61,970 nucleotides of DNA, filler included, from Dugesia japonica (GCA_001938525.1; 4 parts of 4 records of this genome joined end to end with filler, not necessarily neighbours in it), one strand, 5' to 3'; counted from the first letter of the whole stretch, positions 50,223 through 61,970 are shown. The notes: generated from the letters alone by a model not told the origin. Numbers and translations are program-made.

Positions 50223-51327
50223 TAGTATTGTTTGGACTCATGCATAAGAACTAACAATAACATTATTGAAAATTCTGAAATAAAAATGTGTGTAGGTAAC
50301 TTTAAATATAAATAAATAATAATAAAAAAAATAACTAAGATAACGTATGTTTCTAAAATTTTATTTATTAAAAAAATTTACAAATTGTTGAAATGATAAA
50401 AATTAAAGATAAATAAAGGGGCCNNNNNNNNNNNNNNNNNNNNNNNNNNNNNNNNNNNNNNNNNNNNNNNNNNNNNNNNNNNNNNNNNNNNNNNAATACC
50501 GTCCTAATAAGAATGAATGGTGGGACTAAATTTAATCACCACACTTTAGAATACAAGAATTAATTTAGGTGCAGAATTTAACAGATAATAAATCAATCCA
50601 AAAGAATAGTATTATTATTTAATACCTTTTTATTAAAATATATAATGGTATTAATAATCTTAACTGATTTTCAGTACCACCAAAAAATCTTTTAAATAAA
50701 ATCAAGTAAAATTAACCTTTTAAAATGCTAAGATTAGCTCATACTTAAATGATTTAGTTTTACCTGCTAGTATCAATTTTTGTCAAGGTTTTTTTTGTCT
50801 AAACTTTAATGATTTAAGATTAGTTTATATACTAATCTTTTAACCTTAACGGTGGAACCTACATAATTTACTAAACTATCAAAAAATTTAGATATGCTAT
50901 AATAAGTAATTTTTTATACCTAGAAATAGAAATAATATANCAATAAAATTTTTATGTTTTTTATTTAAATAATAATATAATTATTGTTACTATTTTAAGT
51001 AATTAATAAAATTTAATAATTAATAATAATTCCCGTTTATTTATTCAAACAACTTAACAAATTAAAACTTAAAATTAAAACTTATAAACTTAACTTACAT
51101 TCCCAACAGTATTGTGATATTTTCTGATATTGTGGTGTTGAAAACGCGTATATTATTTGAACTCCTTTTGATAATTGATCTCTCATCTTTGTTGGAAAGA
51201 CAGATTAAATTTATTCCTATATGTTTTAAAATTTCTGAATGACCTGAAAATTCAGGCATTTGTATACAATAAAATTGAATATATACATCGAATTGCTTTT
51301 TTTTAGAATGTTTAGGTGTAACTGATA

Positions 51328-51565
51328 TTTTACAATTGCAATTATTGCGAGAATAAATGCTGGACATAACAATCGATCGTTTTTCAGAATTCATTTTATA
51401 TAAAAGCTTAGATTAAAATGTTGTTTTTTTTGGTAATTGATCACAATTCGATATTTTGACTTGGTTTTCTTACGGAAAAATGTCAATTCCTGGAGAAGAC
51501 AAAATCGAAATATCGAATTGTTATCAAATACCAAAAAAACAGAATTTTGATCGAAAATTTTATTT
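51328..51565. mobile_element. Inverted pair of Penelope-type ends with two degenerate hammerhead motifs
   Basis: Tail on minus (51328-51380), degenerate motif on minus (51444-51480), and CAATTC-CTGGAGA-AGAC-AAA-ATC-GAAA-TATC-GAATTG on plus (51484-51520). Confidence 0.7.
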
Positions 51566-52217
51566 TAAATAACTGATATTATTGGAATTTTAATTTCTAT
51601 CAATATTGATTATTTTTATTATTTGTAAATAATTTTATCCCATAACCCTTAAAAATAGGAAAATATTTTATTCAAATACTTCAAGAGTTAATATTATTTT
51701 ATGATAAATTTAATTACTAAAATATCCTAGCGTAAAAATAAGGTTAACAATTTACCAAAAATAATCAAATTATATATGCGCGCACACACACACACACACA
51801 TATATATATACAAATAAATAAAGTAAATAATTCATGACCGAAATTATCATGATAAATTGATAACTCCAACCCAGTAAGCACATCCGGCCACAAATATTAA
51901 TTTTATTTAGTTAAAAATTTAAAAAAATTGCGATGAATTATTTGTCATTTATTCAAAAATAAAAAATAAAAATTGAAAAATAAATTTAAAGTCAAAATTT
52001 ATTTAATAAACTACTTTAAAATAATTGTATTGTAATGGATAAAATGTGACGAAATTTTCCCTAAAATTAGTCAGTAAACAAAAATTGTAAAATAGACGTC
52101 TGCAGTGGCAGAATTTGGGAAATAATTCCGCAGTTGTTAAGGCTATCATAGCTCTGTTAATTTGCACTTTGAAATGATTAATACCGTAAAGAGGAGCTGC
52201 TGACATTTGCTACACAT

Positions 52218-52280
52218 ATGCATCATCAGTGGTTAACAGACATATCGAAAAGTTGTAACGAGAGTCATCGAGTTTTGCAA
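52218..52280 (+). CDS. Candidate first coding exon of a host gene (MHHQWLTDISKSCNESHRVLQ)
   Basis: ATG to CAA|GTTGGT, phase 0, compatible with the next exon. Confidence 0.45.
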
Positions 52281-52395
52281 GTTGGTTGAAATTAATCCGA
52301 TTATCGTTAAGAATTTTTGTTTAACTATTTCATAAAAATTTATGATTTATTAGATGATTTTTCAAATGCAATAAATTTTTTTAAATTTCATTTAG

Positions 52396-52587
52396 TATAT
52401 TAATCGCAAAGCCATCATTCGGCCGTTAGCATTCAGACCTGTACAATCAACAAATACAGAATCTAGTCCAACAAAACCACCAGTAGCAGCTAAACCAAAA
52501 TTTCCAGAACAAAGAAGGTCTAGTCCACCTCCAGTTCCTCCACATGCAAGTCGTGTCCCATTAAAAACCAATTTAAATAGAGTTCAA
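52396..52587 (+). CDS. Host coding exon, Pro-rich, with an IIRPLAFRPV motif (possibly LZTS/N4BP3-like)
   Basis: TTTCATTTAG acceptor, 64 open codons, CAA|GTAAGT donor. The motif resembles the LZTS-family IRPTAFKPV. Confidence 0.75.
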
Positions 52588-52752
52588 GTAAGTATTCGGA
52601 TGAAAATTAATCTCCTTATTTTTATTCTAATTTTAGCAAATTTCTAAGTATTCAAAAAATCTCAAATGTTTTAGTATTTGTCTACTATAATTATAATGTA
52701 TTATTATTGGTTTTTTATTATTATAATTATAATTATTATTATTATTATTTTA

Positions 52753-52786
<34 letters not shown>

Positions 52787-52886
52787 NNNNNNNNNNNNNN
52801 NNNNNNNNNNNNNNNNNNNNNNNNNNNNNNTTAATTAATTAANNNNNNNNNNNNNNNNNNNNNNNNNNNNNNNNNNNNNNNNNNNN
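52787..52886. other. Artificial contig linker
   Basis: 44 N + TTAATTAATTAA + 44 N. Confidence 0.97.
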
Positions 52887-53093
52887 GCCATTATTTAAAA
52901 ATTTATTTTTTATCAACTTGAGAGAGATCAATTTCATTTCTTCATTTCAAGATAGTCTCTTAGCTCGAATTCTTTCACTTTTAATTATACAAATTTTTTG
53001 GCTGATGGTAGTATAAGGTAATATATGTCCACTGTGAAATGGTTTCATATATAATTGGGTAATTAATATAACTCTTGAATAAATTAAAACAGT

Positions 53094-53130
53094 CAATTCC
53101 GGAAGAAGACAAGGCCGAAATATCGAATTG
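53094..53130 (+). ncRNA. Degenerate minimal hammerhead motif
   Basis: CAATTC-CGGAAGA-AGAC-AAG-GCC-GAAA-TATC-GAATTG; perfect stem I with a core U>G change. Confidence 0.6.
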
Positions 53131-53204
53131 TTATCCAATATAAATAAATTAAACCTAAATTTTGATCAAAGCTTTTATATTAAATGAATTCTTATTCTTA
53201 TTAA

Positions 53205-53238
<34 letters not shown>

Positions 53239-53789
53239 ATTATTATTATTAATATTATTATTGTTGGGGCGAAACACCTGAAAAACAAGATGAAAGTTGG
53301 AAAATAAATCAACAAACAAGAATGACGAAACCATTATGGAAAATGAGGCAATGAAAGCGATTATAGAAGGAAACGAAATAAAGCCAAAGATGAATATAAG
53401 AAACCGAGTAAAATAAAGCAACTTAGTTTGGGAAATTAAGAACAATTATTAATTTAATAATAAACAACAAGGAAAAGTAATAAGGAAAATAATTAATTAA
53501 ACAAAGAAAATTAATTTATTTTAAAAAAAAATGAAACGAAATTAGCAGAAAACCTATTTTATCCGGATAACTTTGTTCCAGGAAGTTGGGAAAAACCCGG
53601 ACAAGAAAAACTGAAGAAAGAACATCGAGGTGCAACTGAAATGACAAAAAAGAAAAACATACCACCTTCCAGAAGGGTACGGCAAAGTTTCCAAGATCCA
53701 GCCAATGAGAATCCTAAAATTAAAAATAGAACAAAATTTTTGTTTATTTTTGGATAAACGTAGTAGTTATGATAAAAATGACTAGTGTT

Positions 53790-54300
53790 ATATTAATAAA
53801 ACTTAGTTGATACAGTAAAAATAATTCTTCATTCTAATTAAAATTCCTTCATGTCAATAATGTACATAACCATTACTTTATGAGTAAACTTAGTATTTAT
53901 AATAACCATAATTAATGTTGAATTAATCAAATTTAGTTTAGGAAGTATAAAATAACTCCTTATTCTAATTAAAATTATTTAATGTCAATAATGTAAATAA
54001 CCAACACTTTATGAGTAAGCTTAATAATTATAATAACTATAATTAATGTTGAATTAATCAGATTTAGTTTATAAAGTATAAAATAATTCGTTATTCCAAT
54101 TAAAATGACTTAATGTCAATAATTCAAATAACCATCATTATGAGTACATTTAAGATTTCTGATAATCAAAATTTATGTGGATTCAATCAAATTTATTCTA
54201 TAAGGTATAAAATAATTCCTGGTTATAGTTAAAATCACCTAATGTTCATAATGAAACCATCCTTCAAGTTAGGAATAAACATAACAATTTTGATGATCAT
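53790..54300. repeat. ~131-bp tandem repeat, about 4 diverged copies
   Basis: AAATAA(T/C)TC...ATGTCAATAAT...TATGAGTA recurs at about 53819, 53950, 54081 and 54210. Confidence 0.85.
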
Positions 54301-55722
54301 GAATAATAAATTTTAGTTCCCAACAAGTAAAGTGCGCTAGTGAAATTCTCTACAATTAATAATTAGACTGTGTATCCTTTTGTAATGGATTGAATTGCTG
54401 GAAATCATTAACTATCAAGTGTGTTGTTATTACAATATAACAGAATATTTATCATTACAGTAAATTCATGATCTCGCATTTAGCAAATACACCACATCTG
54501 AGCTATAGGATTCGATTTAGCTGATTTTAAAACAACCAATATTTTTTTTATCACATAACAAAATAATAAAAAATTAGGAAAGCAAGACAATCATTTATTA
54601 GAATTTTAATATAAATCTATCCACTAACAAGGATTTGTCATGTAAATATCCACAAGAATTTGATCATCTGATAATTTCCAAAAACAAAAAGTATTGACAT
54701 ACACTGGCTTTTATTGATAGGAAACTTTCGTAGATGCATCATCGCCAATACTGAAAACCAAACGGATGTTTTGTCATAAAACTAGTTTTGCTGTTCAATG
54801 ATTGAAGCACCATATTGTTTGCCAGTAATCCTACAATAAATGAGGTGACTCATAGTCGACACATGGTTGGTACAGTTTTCTAAGCCTGCACACGAACACA
54901 AGTGGGTATACATGCTAACACCTTTAAAACCAATGCGAGTAAGCCCTATCACTAGGCAACCACAGACGCGACAATTTAAACATAAAAATAGAGCTGAAAT
55001 ATTGTTAAATTTTAATTTTTGACATTACGATTATTTTAACAGTTTCAAAATATTACTAGATTTAGAGTAATTACTCTCATCACTAATATTAACAATTTTC
55101 TAGAAGATGAACACCAACTCATTGGAACCCCTTTTTCTAGTATTATTATCATATGATCGATATTATCATCTGTAGAATGATTACTATGACTTTTATTAGT
55201 TATAATATTACTAACACAAATATGATTGTCAGTATTGATATAGAGATAATTCTTTCATTATTATTAATATTACCATTATTATCATTAAGTGTTCTCTCAA
55301 ATCAAGATTATCATTATTAATCCGGATAACATCGTTATTAGATACTATCAAAGAACTATTCTTGGGGAAAGATAACCAACCCCTAGTTAGTATGGCTATT
55401 GATTTTTAGCATTTCATACGACATGACTATCGTTCCGGTACTATTAACTATCCTTCAAATCGATGAAGCCTGATACTGTTGCGGTCATAAGGGTTATCAT
55501 CATTACTAGTAACCAAGAAGGATGTAGTTGACATTATAACCTTTAAAGTGAATAGGACTAATCCACAGGATCATATCAGATGAATTTCAACTAAAATCAT
55601 TTCAATAGATTAATATCATGAGACGAGTCGTCCACGTAATACCACCAGAATAGTAGCCAATATTTGTTGAAGAAAGATTCTAGGATATGAATTAAACTAT
55701 ATCTTTCCGTTATTTTTTTTAG

Positions 55723-55907
55723 TGATGGCAATCGTGTTGCGGGACGCTCTCCGCCAGATAAGAAAGCAACGACGCTCTACTCGCCTAAAACAATTAATTG
55801 CCCACTATTTGGCGAGAGGCCAGGGGGAACACCCCGACGAAACAGATCTTCAGTGTTTTGTTGAGATGTTTCCCCTTGAACATAGAGTGGATATCGACGA
55901 GGAGTAA
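55723..55907 (+). CDS. Cassette 1: terminal exon ORF (~60 aa)
   Basis: TATTTTTTTTAG|TG ATG; GC-richer than the flanks. Confidence 0.55.
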
Positions 55908-56119
55908 CCGCGCTGGCTAAACCCATAGTGGATTCACTCATCTAAAGTGTATTTAATCTAATTGTCGTATCATACATCGTCTATGAATTAAATCCTGTGT
56001 TTTATTTTACTTACAATTTATTTCTCTTAAATATAATCCATTGATTTACCCAAATGTATTTCACTCTGTTTAAATAAAAAAATTCATTAGCTGTTTATTA
56101 TAGAAAAAACGAAACACTT

Positions 56120-56548
56120 ATGGAATATAAATGGGAAGTATGCCTAGATGTCTATTCAGGCCGGACGACATTTAAGAGGTATAAGAACCCATACAATCGA
56201 GATACCGGTGATTTGGTTGATCACACCAATTTACCTCCCAAGCAAGTAGATTACGAAAGGCAGTGGGACACGACCGAACGAGCTGCTTACTATAGTTGGT
56301 GAGGCCCACGTAGAGACCGGTTCGCCACCCCACCAGCAACCCTGTCCTTCGAACGTTCGGCAGAAATTCCGCAAATAGAACGTGTCTGTCACGATGGCCC
56401 TTCGTCAGTCGGGCTTACTACGAATTTCTTGCCTCCCACGGCACAACTCACGTCGTTCATACAAAATAACCTGTGGGGAGTCCAAAATGCGCTAATTAAC
56501 ATCAACGATGAAAATGTGGGAGAAGAGCACCTCGATGTGCTAGCATAA
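56120..56548 (+). pseudogene. Cassette 2: 142-codon ORF with one internal TGA
   Basis: Acceptor TTTATTATAG at 56103; the frame stays open 81 codons past TGA 56300 to TAA 56548; AATAAA at 56564. Confidence 0.55.
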
Positions 56549-56697
56549 ACCTAATACTATTAAAATAAAATTTAAATTGATATTTATTTTCCTTAGTTAT
56601 TTGGACTTAAATTGTTATTGTCTCATTAATTGATCCTATTTTCGACTAAATTCAGTCATCGTTAAAAATCTTAAATTTTACGCTAACTTTGTTTTAG

Positions 56698-57065
56698 TGC
56701 ATTCTTCTTTGAACCGATCACAGGCCCCAACCAAGAAATTACGCGAGGATAGCGAGGATAAGGAGATTACCTGGGACCTATATAAATTAGCTAAGAGGCG
56801 ATGGGAAGCAGAGATCGCAACAGCTAACGCTAAAGTAAAGCGGTATAAAACGAAATGTACGAATGTTCGCGAAGAAATGAAGGTGGTGCAGGACCAAGAG
56901 AGGGTCTGGAAGGCTCAGGTAGAATCCTTCGCTGAAATTATCTGGTCCAGCCATGACCGTGAGAATAAACTGGTCAAGGACATTCTCCTACTGAAAACGA
57001 AATCTTATCTGGAGCCACTTATGATTGATAAGGGCACCCAGACGAAACTTAATTCCCACGTTTAA
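56698..57065 (+). CDS. Cassette 3: terminal exon ORF, coiled-coil-like (~122 aa)
   Basis: Branch-like GCTAAC and TTTGTTTTAG|TG; AATAAA at 57082. Confidence 0.6.
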
Positions 57066-57189
57066 CCTTTATCTCTTAAAAAATAAAATTTTGTACATCT
57101 TACTTTTGATCTCTGTTGTTGACAGCTTTGATAATAAATTCGATAATAATAACATACATTGTTATCTGTTAATGCTTATTTTATTTTAG

Positions 57190-57572
57190 TGCCACGAATT
57201 AGTTTCCCCAACAACCTTAGGAGATGTCACCACATTCTGCGTCGCCTCCTTCTTGAAAGACATCTGAAACGCAAAGCCGACAAAGCCTTATTAAAGCACC
57301 TTGCTCAACGAGACCAGCTTATTAAAAAACTGGATCTAATCATAAAGAAGCAAAATGACCTTGCCATTCAGACAAAGGCATTAGAAACAGAAAATAAACA
57401 ATTATTGCAGCGGAAGATTGAATTTTTAAAGCAATACATTGCTGATTTATCCCGACAAATAGGTAATCCAAATATATTGCAATGAGATGATTATGAGGAC
57501 ATTGGAGCTTTTAATTTTGCGTTAACCGACCCAAGCCAATGGCTAGATCCAGGGGCGCTGGACTTAATTTAA
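57190..57572 (+). pseudogene. Cassette 4: terminal exon ORF, coiled-coil-like, internal TGA at 57483
   Basis: TTTTATTTTAG|TG; no in-frame ATG; the frame continues 28 codons past the TGA; AATAAA at 57585. Confidence 0.55.
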
Positions 57573-58639
57573 TTATTTTTATAAAATAAACTGTCAGTAT
57601 TCAAAATTTTATTTTCATTCTTTCAATAGTAACAATAATGGAAAAATCCTTGAACCCGAATATAAAGGTTTATCGGTGCGTACCTTCCATTAAGAGCAAG
57701 GCCAACCGCCATAAACTGAAAACCTACCACAGGAATGGTAGGGTAAATTCTTGAAAGGGTTCCCCTGAGGGCTGTTTTTCCCCAGCCCCCTTTTTGTGTC
57801 ACTCAACTCAGGTGGGACCCCAACATTATTATTATTATTAATGTTATTTAAAATATTTTTTGTAGGTGTCAATTTTTACATCTTTAGCATCAATTTCCCC
57901 ACCTAATTGTAAAAAATGATTTTTTTTATCGGCGTGTAAATTTTCACACATTATTATTATTAAAATGTTATTTTATGGGTGTGAATTTTCACACTTTTGG
58001 CATAAACTTTCACACCTCAATCCTGTGTATTGATGCTGGAATATTAAAAGAAATATATCATTGTTGTTATTTAAGATGTACTTTGTAAGGTGTGAACTTT
58101 CATACATTATTATAAACTTTGAATTTTCACACTTTTGGCATCAACTTTTACCCCTAACGGTAATTTTTTCCATTAAAAATAATTAGCCTCAAATATTTTT
58201 TTAACGAAATGAAATTATTATTATTTTTAATTCTATCATTAATTACTAATAGCAACGAAAAAAATTTATTTACATGATGACAGGTAATGTACACAAGGTT
58301 TTAAACATTTTTTGTAAGCACAATAATCTCCATGACTATAATATGGACAGGGAATATTATCTGGTATACATAATTGTAATTTTTCATTTAAGTTATAATT
58401 GAAAATTTGAAGACTTGGGAAAAATTTCTTTGTGGAAAATCTCAAATTTTTATTTTTGGTGCTTGATTTTCTCTGCGTAAACAACATGTATGGTTTCGAT
58501 TTTAGTATTATTTTACTCAGGAGGAAAAAGTGACTATGTAAAGGTAAAATATCGTCTCGCAAAAATGCTTCATTTAGAAGATATTCAGCTGCTTTCTCGG
58601 ATTTGGTAAATTTTTTCAAAAATTGAAAAAGTATCTCAG

Positions 58640-59400
58640 AATTTGCCAAAAAGGTATCTATTTGATAGAGAATCTTTCATTAATTCCAAATATGTAAACC
58701 TAAAATTATTAAACCTTTACATAAAAAGTTATATAGAGAAAATATGTACTTCATTTTAGGAGTCCGGGAGGAAATTATGAATTTTAAATAGGGTAACTAA
58801 AATCTAATTTTTACATAGTCTATTCAATAGAGAATTTTACGTTGATTAGGATTGGTCTAGTTAGAAATCACCAAATCTTGTCTGAAACTAAAGAAAATGG
58901 GATAAACCCGAGATTTTTTGACAATTTTTGAATTATTTTCTTCTCAAATTGTAACCAAACATACATTATTCTATAGAGAATTATTTACTTATACAGAAAA
59001 ACATCACTTAAAACCATCAAACTCAATTTTTTACAAAGAAAATTCGAAAAACCATAGTCAAAAATTTTGATTACGCTTAATCGACACAAATAAAAAGTTA
59101 TTTTTTTATAATTTTCGTCCAAATTTAATGATCCAAGTACTATTAGATAGAGAATGTTTTAATGATCAAGAAGAAATTTGTCAAATTAAATTACTTTGAA
59201 AAAAGTTAAAACTTTTTATATCTCAATAATTAATTAAAATTAAAAAGTATCTCAATTTAATTAAAAAACAATCTATTTAATATAAACGTTTACCCTAATT
59301 ACAAATATATTAACCTAAAATCACGTAACCATATAAATAAAAAGTTATATTGAAAAAACAAGTACTTAATTTGAGAGTCTCCGAGGAAAATAAAATATGA
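58640..59400. repeat. Non-coding repeat with a recurring ATAGAGAAT motif, probable non-autonomous DNA transposon remnant
   Basis: The motif recurs about every 150-170 bp (58661, 58827, 58973, 59147); 58680-58780 resembles 59297-59395. Confidence 0.4.
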
Positions 59401-61169
59401 TAATTTATTCGGTCAATTTTGAGTAGTTTTTTAATTGAATTTAGATGAAATTTTATTCTTCACCTGTCTTCAGTTATCAGAACTCTGTGCACAAGTGCTC
59501 AGACCTTAGAACTCTTCACTCTGTACACAAGATTTCAGTTATCAGTTCTCTGCTTACAGTATATGGAATTTTAGTTATCAATGATTTTCTCACTCTTTGC
59601 TGGTCTTTACTCTTCACTAGTGGTAAATGTATTGTTTAATTANNNNNNNNNNNNNNNNNNNNNNNNNNNNNNNNNNNNNNNNNNNNNNNNNNTGTTCTAT
59701 ATTTTTACTTTTAATTTGAAATTAAAATATATCCGTGTATTTTTAATAAATTGTTCTATTTTTATCATAAAAATCTAATAAATATTATTTTATAATATGA
59801 ATTTTTATTAAGATTGAATCAATGAAATTATTTGTAACTATTCATTGAATAAATTAAGTATGGTGAATTGATTAATTTTCAATGTGAAACTTAATTAAAA
59901 CCATGCTTTTATTAGTCAATTGAATTATGTTTAGAATAAATATTTTCAAAGGTAATTTAGAAAATAAATTAGATTTCAATTATATATTTTTATGATTAAA
60001 TTAAAAATTTTTACGGTTAAATTAAAATTATAATAGAAAATAATTATTAATTATTGATGAAACTTTGAAATATTTAAATCAAATTAAATTTCACATGTAT
60101 TTTTTACAATTAATGTTTTTAATTAATGTTTAATTTATAAAAGAAAATTTTATTAAGCATTGATTCATTAAAATAATTTCTAAACAATTATTTCATTTAA
60201 CTCATATAATTGATAAAATAGATTAAGTATGATTGATTTAATTATTTTTAAATAAGTATCAGTAAAAGTACATACAACTTGAATATATGTAAAACACATT
60301 AATTTTAGAATTATCTTTCAAATAAATAGTTAACATTATGTTTTTTAAATTAGAGTCGAGTATTAATGAAAATAAAAAACTTAAATCAAATTTAAACATC
60401 AAAGTAACTACTAGATAGAAAATTTAATGCTAAGTAACATGATTAAAAATCGCCAATCTTTAATCTTAATAAAAATAGTTAATTTCAAACTTAAATTATA
60501 ATAATTGAAACTTTTATTAAGCATTAAATAATTTGAAATAACTTGAAATATTTATTGAAAGTGACTAAAATAATTGATTAAATAAATAATTTTGAGAAAA
60601 ATATCTAAAACATTAAGTTTAAATGTAAAATACTCTCACTTTAGACGTTTTAAAATAATAAGTGAAATTTAAGCTTTTAAAATTATTAAGATGAAAAAAC
60701 CTTTACAATTTTTTATTTTAAATTAAGATATTACAATAAATAAGTATAATTTTAAAATTCAATTCAATGAATCAAATTAGTTACTCAAATAGTTATTGAT
60801 TTGATTATAATTTTACTTTAAATAAAACTTCTTTGAAGATTTAATTTATTAATTTTAAAAAATATTTAAATGAATAAATGAATTGATTTTAATTGATTTT
60901 TTAAGGCAAATAATAGGTTTAATTGAATAAAAAATTAATGATTGAATAAATTAATGTTCCAATTAGGTGACTAATTAATTACTAAACACATAAGAAATAT
61001 ATTGTTTAACAGATATTATTATATTAAGGTGAATAATTAATCAGTTTATTCAGGTTATTAATTTTAAAGTGTATATATATATATATATATATATATATTC
61101 AGTGTGAATAATAGAGTTGACTATATGAAATAAACGATGAACAGATTAAACCATTAACTGAATAATTAA

Positions 61170-61970
61170 TAGGTAAATGATGATAGTGAGTATTGTGTAT
61201 GTTAATACTTGATTATAGTGAGAATTTTATATGTTAATAGCTGTTGATAGCGAACATTGTGTATGTTAATACTTATTTATAGCGAGTTATATGTATTAAT
61301 ACTTGACGATATCAAGTACTGTATATGTTAAGAGTTGTTGATAGCGAATATTATGTATGTTAAAACTTGGTGGTATCGAGAGTTGTGTACAATGACTTAA
61401 ATCTTATGATAACTAATATTATACTAAGTATGATTAATAAGTTACTAATGTACATTAGTTAGAATGAACCTATATTTTCAAAGGATTTTATTATATTAAG
61501 TTGGAAAATATGTGAATAATTGACTGAATTATTTGGTTTGATTTATAGTACAATCAAAGAACAATTGATTGAGTGAACTATTGGCAGATTGTATATAGTC
61601 ACTTTTCAGTATTAGAGTCATTATTACAGAAAGGTTTATGTAAAATTTAACTAACTTCAGAAAAGTTTGTGGAAATTTTGACTATTTTTAAAAAAGTTTA
61701 TGAAAAGGTTCTAGTAAATTTTAGAATTATTTTCCCGCTCTTTTAGCACAGTTGATTCAGTGAAAAATTGGTAGATTGTAAAAAGTCACTTTTCAGTATT
61801 AGAGTCATTATTACAGAAAAGTTTATACAAAATTTAACTAACTTCAGAAAAGTTTGTGGAAATTTTCAATGATTTTGAAAAGGTTCTAGTAAATTTTGAC
61901 CATATAATTGGAACCTTTACATATGATTGACCATATTAATGGAACCTTTACATATGATTGACCATATTAA
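61170..61970. repeat. Mixed tandem repeats (~33-bp units, a ~190-bp duplication, 30-bp units)
   Basis: GTATGTTAATAC iterations at 61170-61390; 61560-61725 duplicated at 61750-61900; GACCAT..AAT.GGAACCTTTACATATGATT repeated at the end. Confidence 0.75.

Larger units (their letters stand above)
53262..57825 (+). mobile_element. 4.56-kb element with TGTTGGGG/CCCCAACA ends in an (ATT)n tract; probable giant solo LTR carrying ORF cassettes
   Basis: 8-bp inverted TG..CA ends, TTAT on both flanks, CCAAT at 53702, and a related end at 1660. Confidence 0.65.

Noticed and set aside
49967-50254. 95-aa ORF with YCGIIGIVVLLVLWYYW repeats as a membrane protein
   Set aside because: It results from a 17-bp tandem repeat cycling through three frames.
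51095-51260. Minus-strand exon-like segment ending in a GTAAG donor with a TIR-domain-like FSTPQYQKISQYCWE motif
   Set aside because: There are stops between the nearest acceptor and the motif, and it is too short to support a call.
58266-58649. 127-aa minus-strand ORF with a Cys/His-rich end
   Set aside because: It has a non-ATG start inside a repeat remnant and no recognisable family. It may be transposon-derived, but that is unsupported.

Overview
Very AT-rich eukaryotic DNA with (AAT)n microsatellites and GT-AG introns; a planarian or other invertebrate origin is plausible but cannot be proven from the sequence. The window is four contigs joined by artificial 100-bp linkers (44 N + TTAATTAATTAA + 44 N). 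Contig 1 (1-29254) is a Polinton/Maverick (adintovirus-like) graveyard. It holds a degraded element A (ATPase, integrase, minor and major capsid, pPolB fragment) split by a Ty3/Gypsy LTR retrotransposon. It also holds a foldback-like satellite, a nearly complete but pseudogenised element B (pPolB, protease, penton, ATPase, an apparent ZnF-PLA2-integrase polyprotein, major capsid) and three orphan Polinton termini. Contig 2 has a Penelope remnant, an internally deleted Gypsy element, a mariner fragment and a fourth Polinton terminus. Contig 3 has Penelope-type minimal hammerhead ribozyme repeats, a hAT remnant and two exons of a host gene. Contig 4 has a 4.56-kb TGTTGGGG...CCCCAACA element in an (ATT)n tract, resembling a giant solo LTR. 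It carries four 'splice acceptor - ORF - stop - poly(A) signal' cassettes, three of which begin AG|TG in the same phase, so a shared leader ending in A would create their start codons. This cassette array and the PLA2-integrase polyprotein are the most novel-looking items. All protein calls are motif recognition by eye, and coordinates of degraded genes are approximate.
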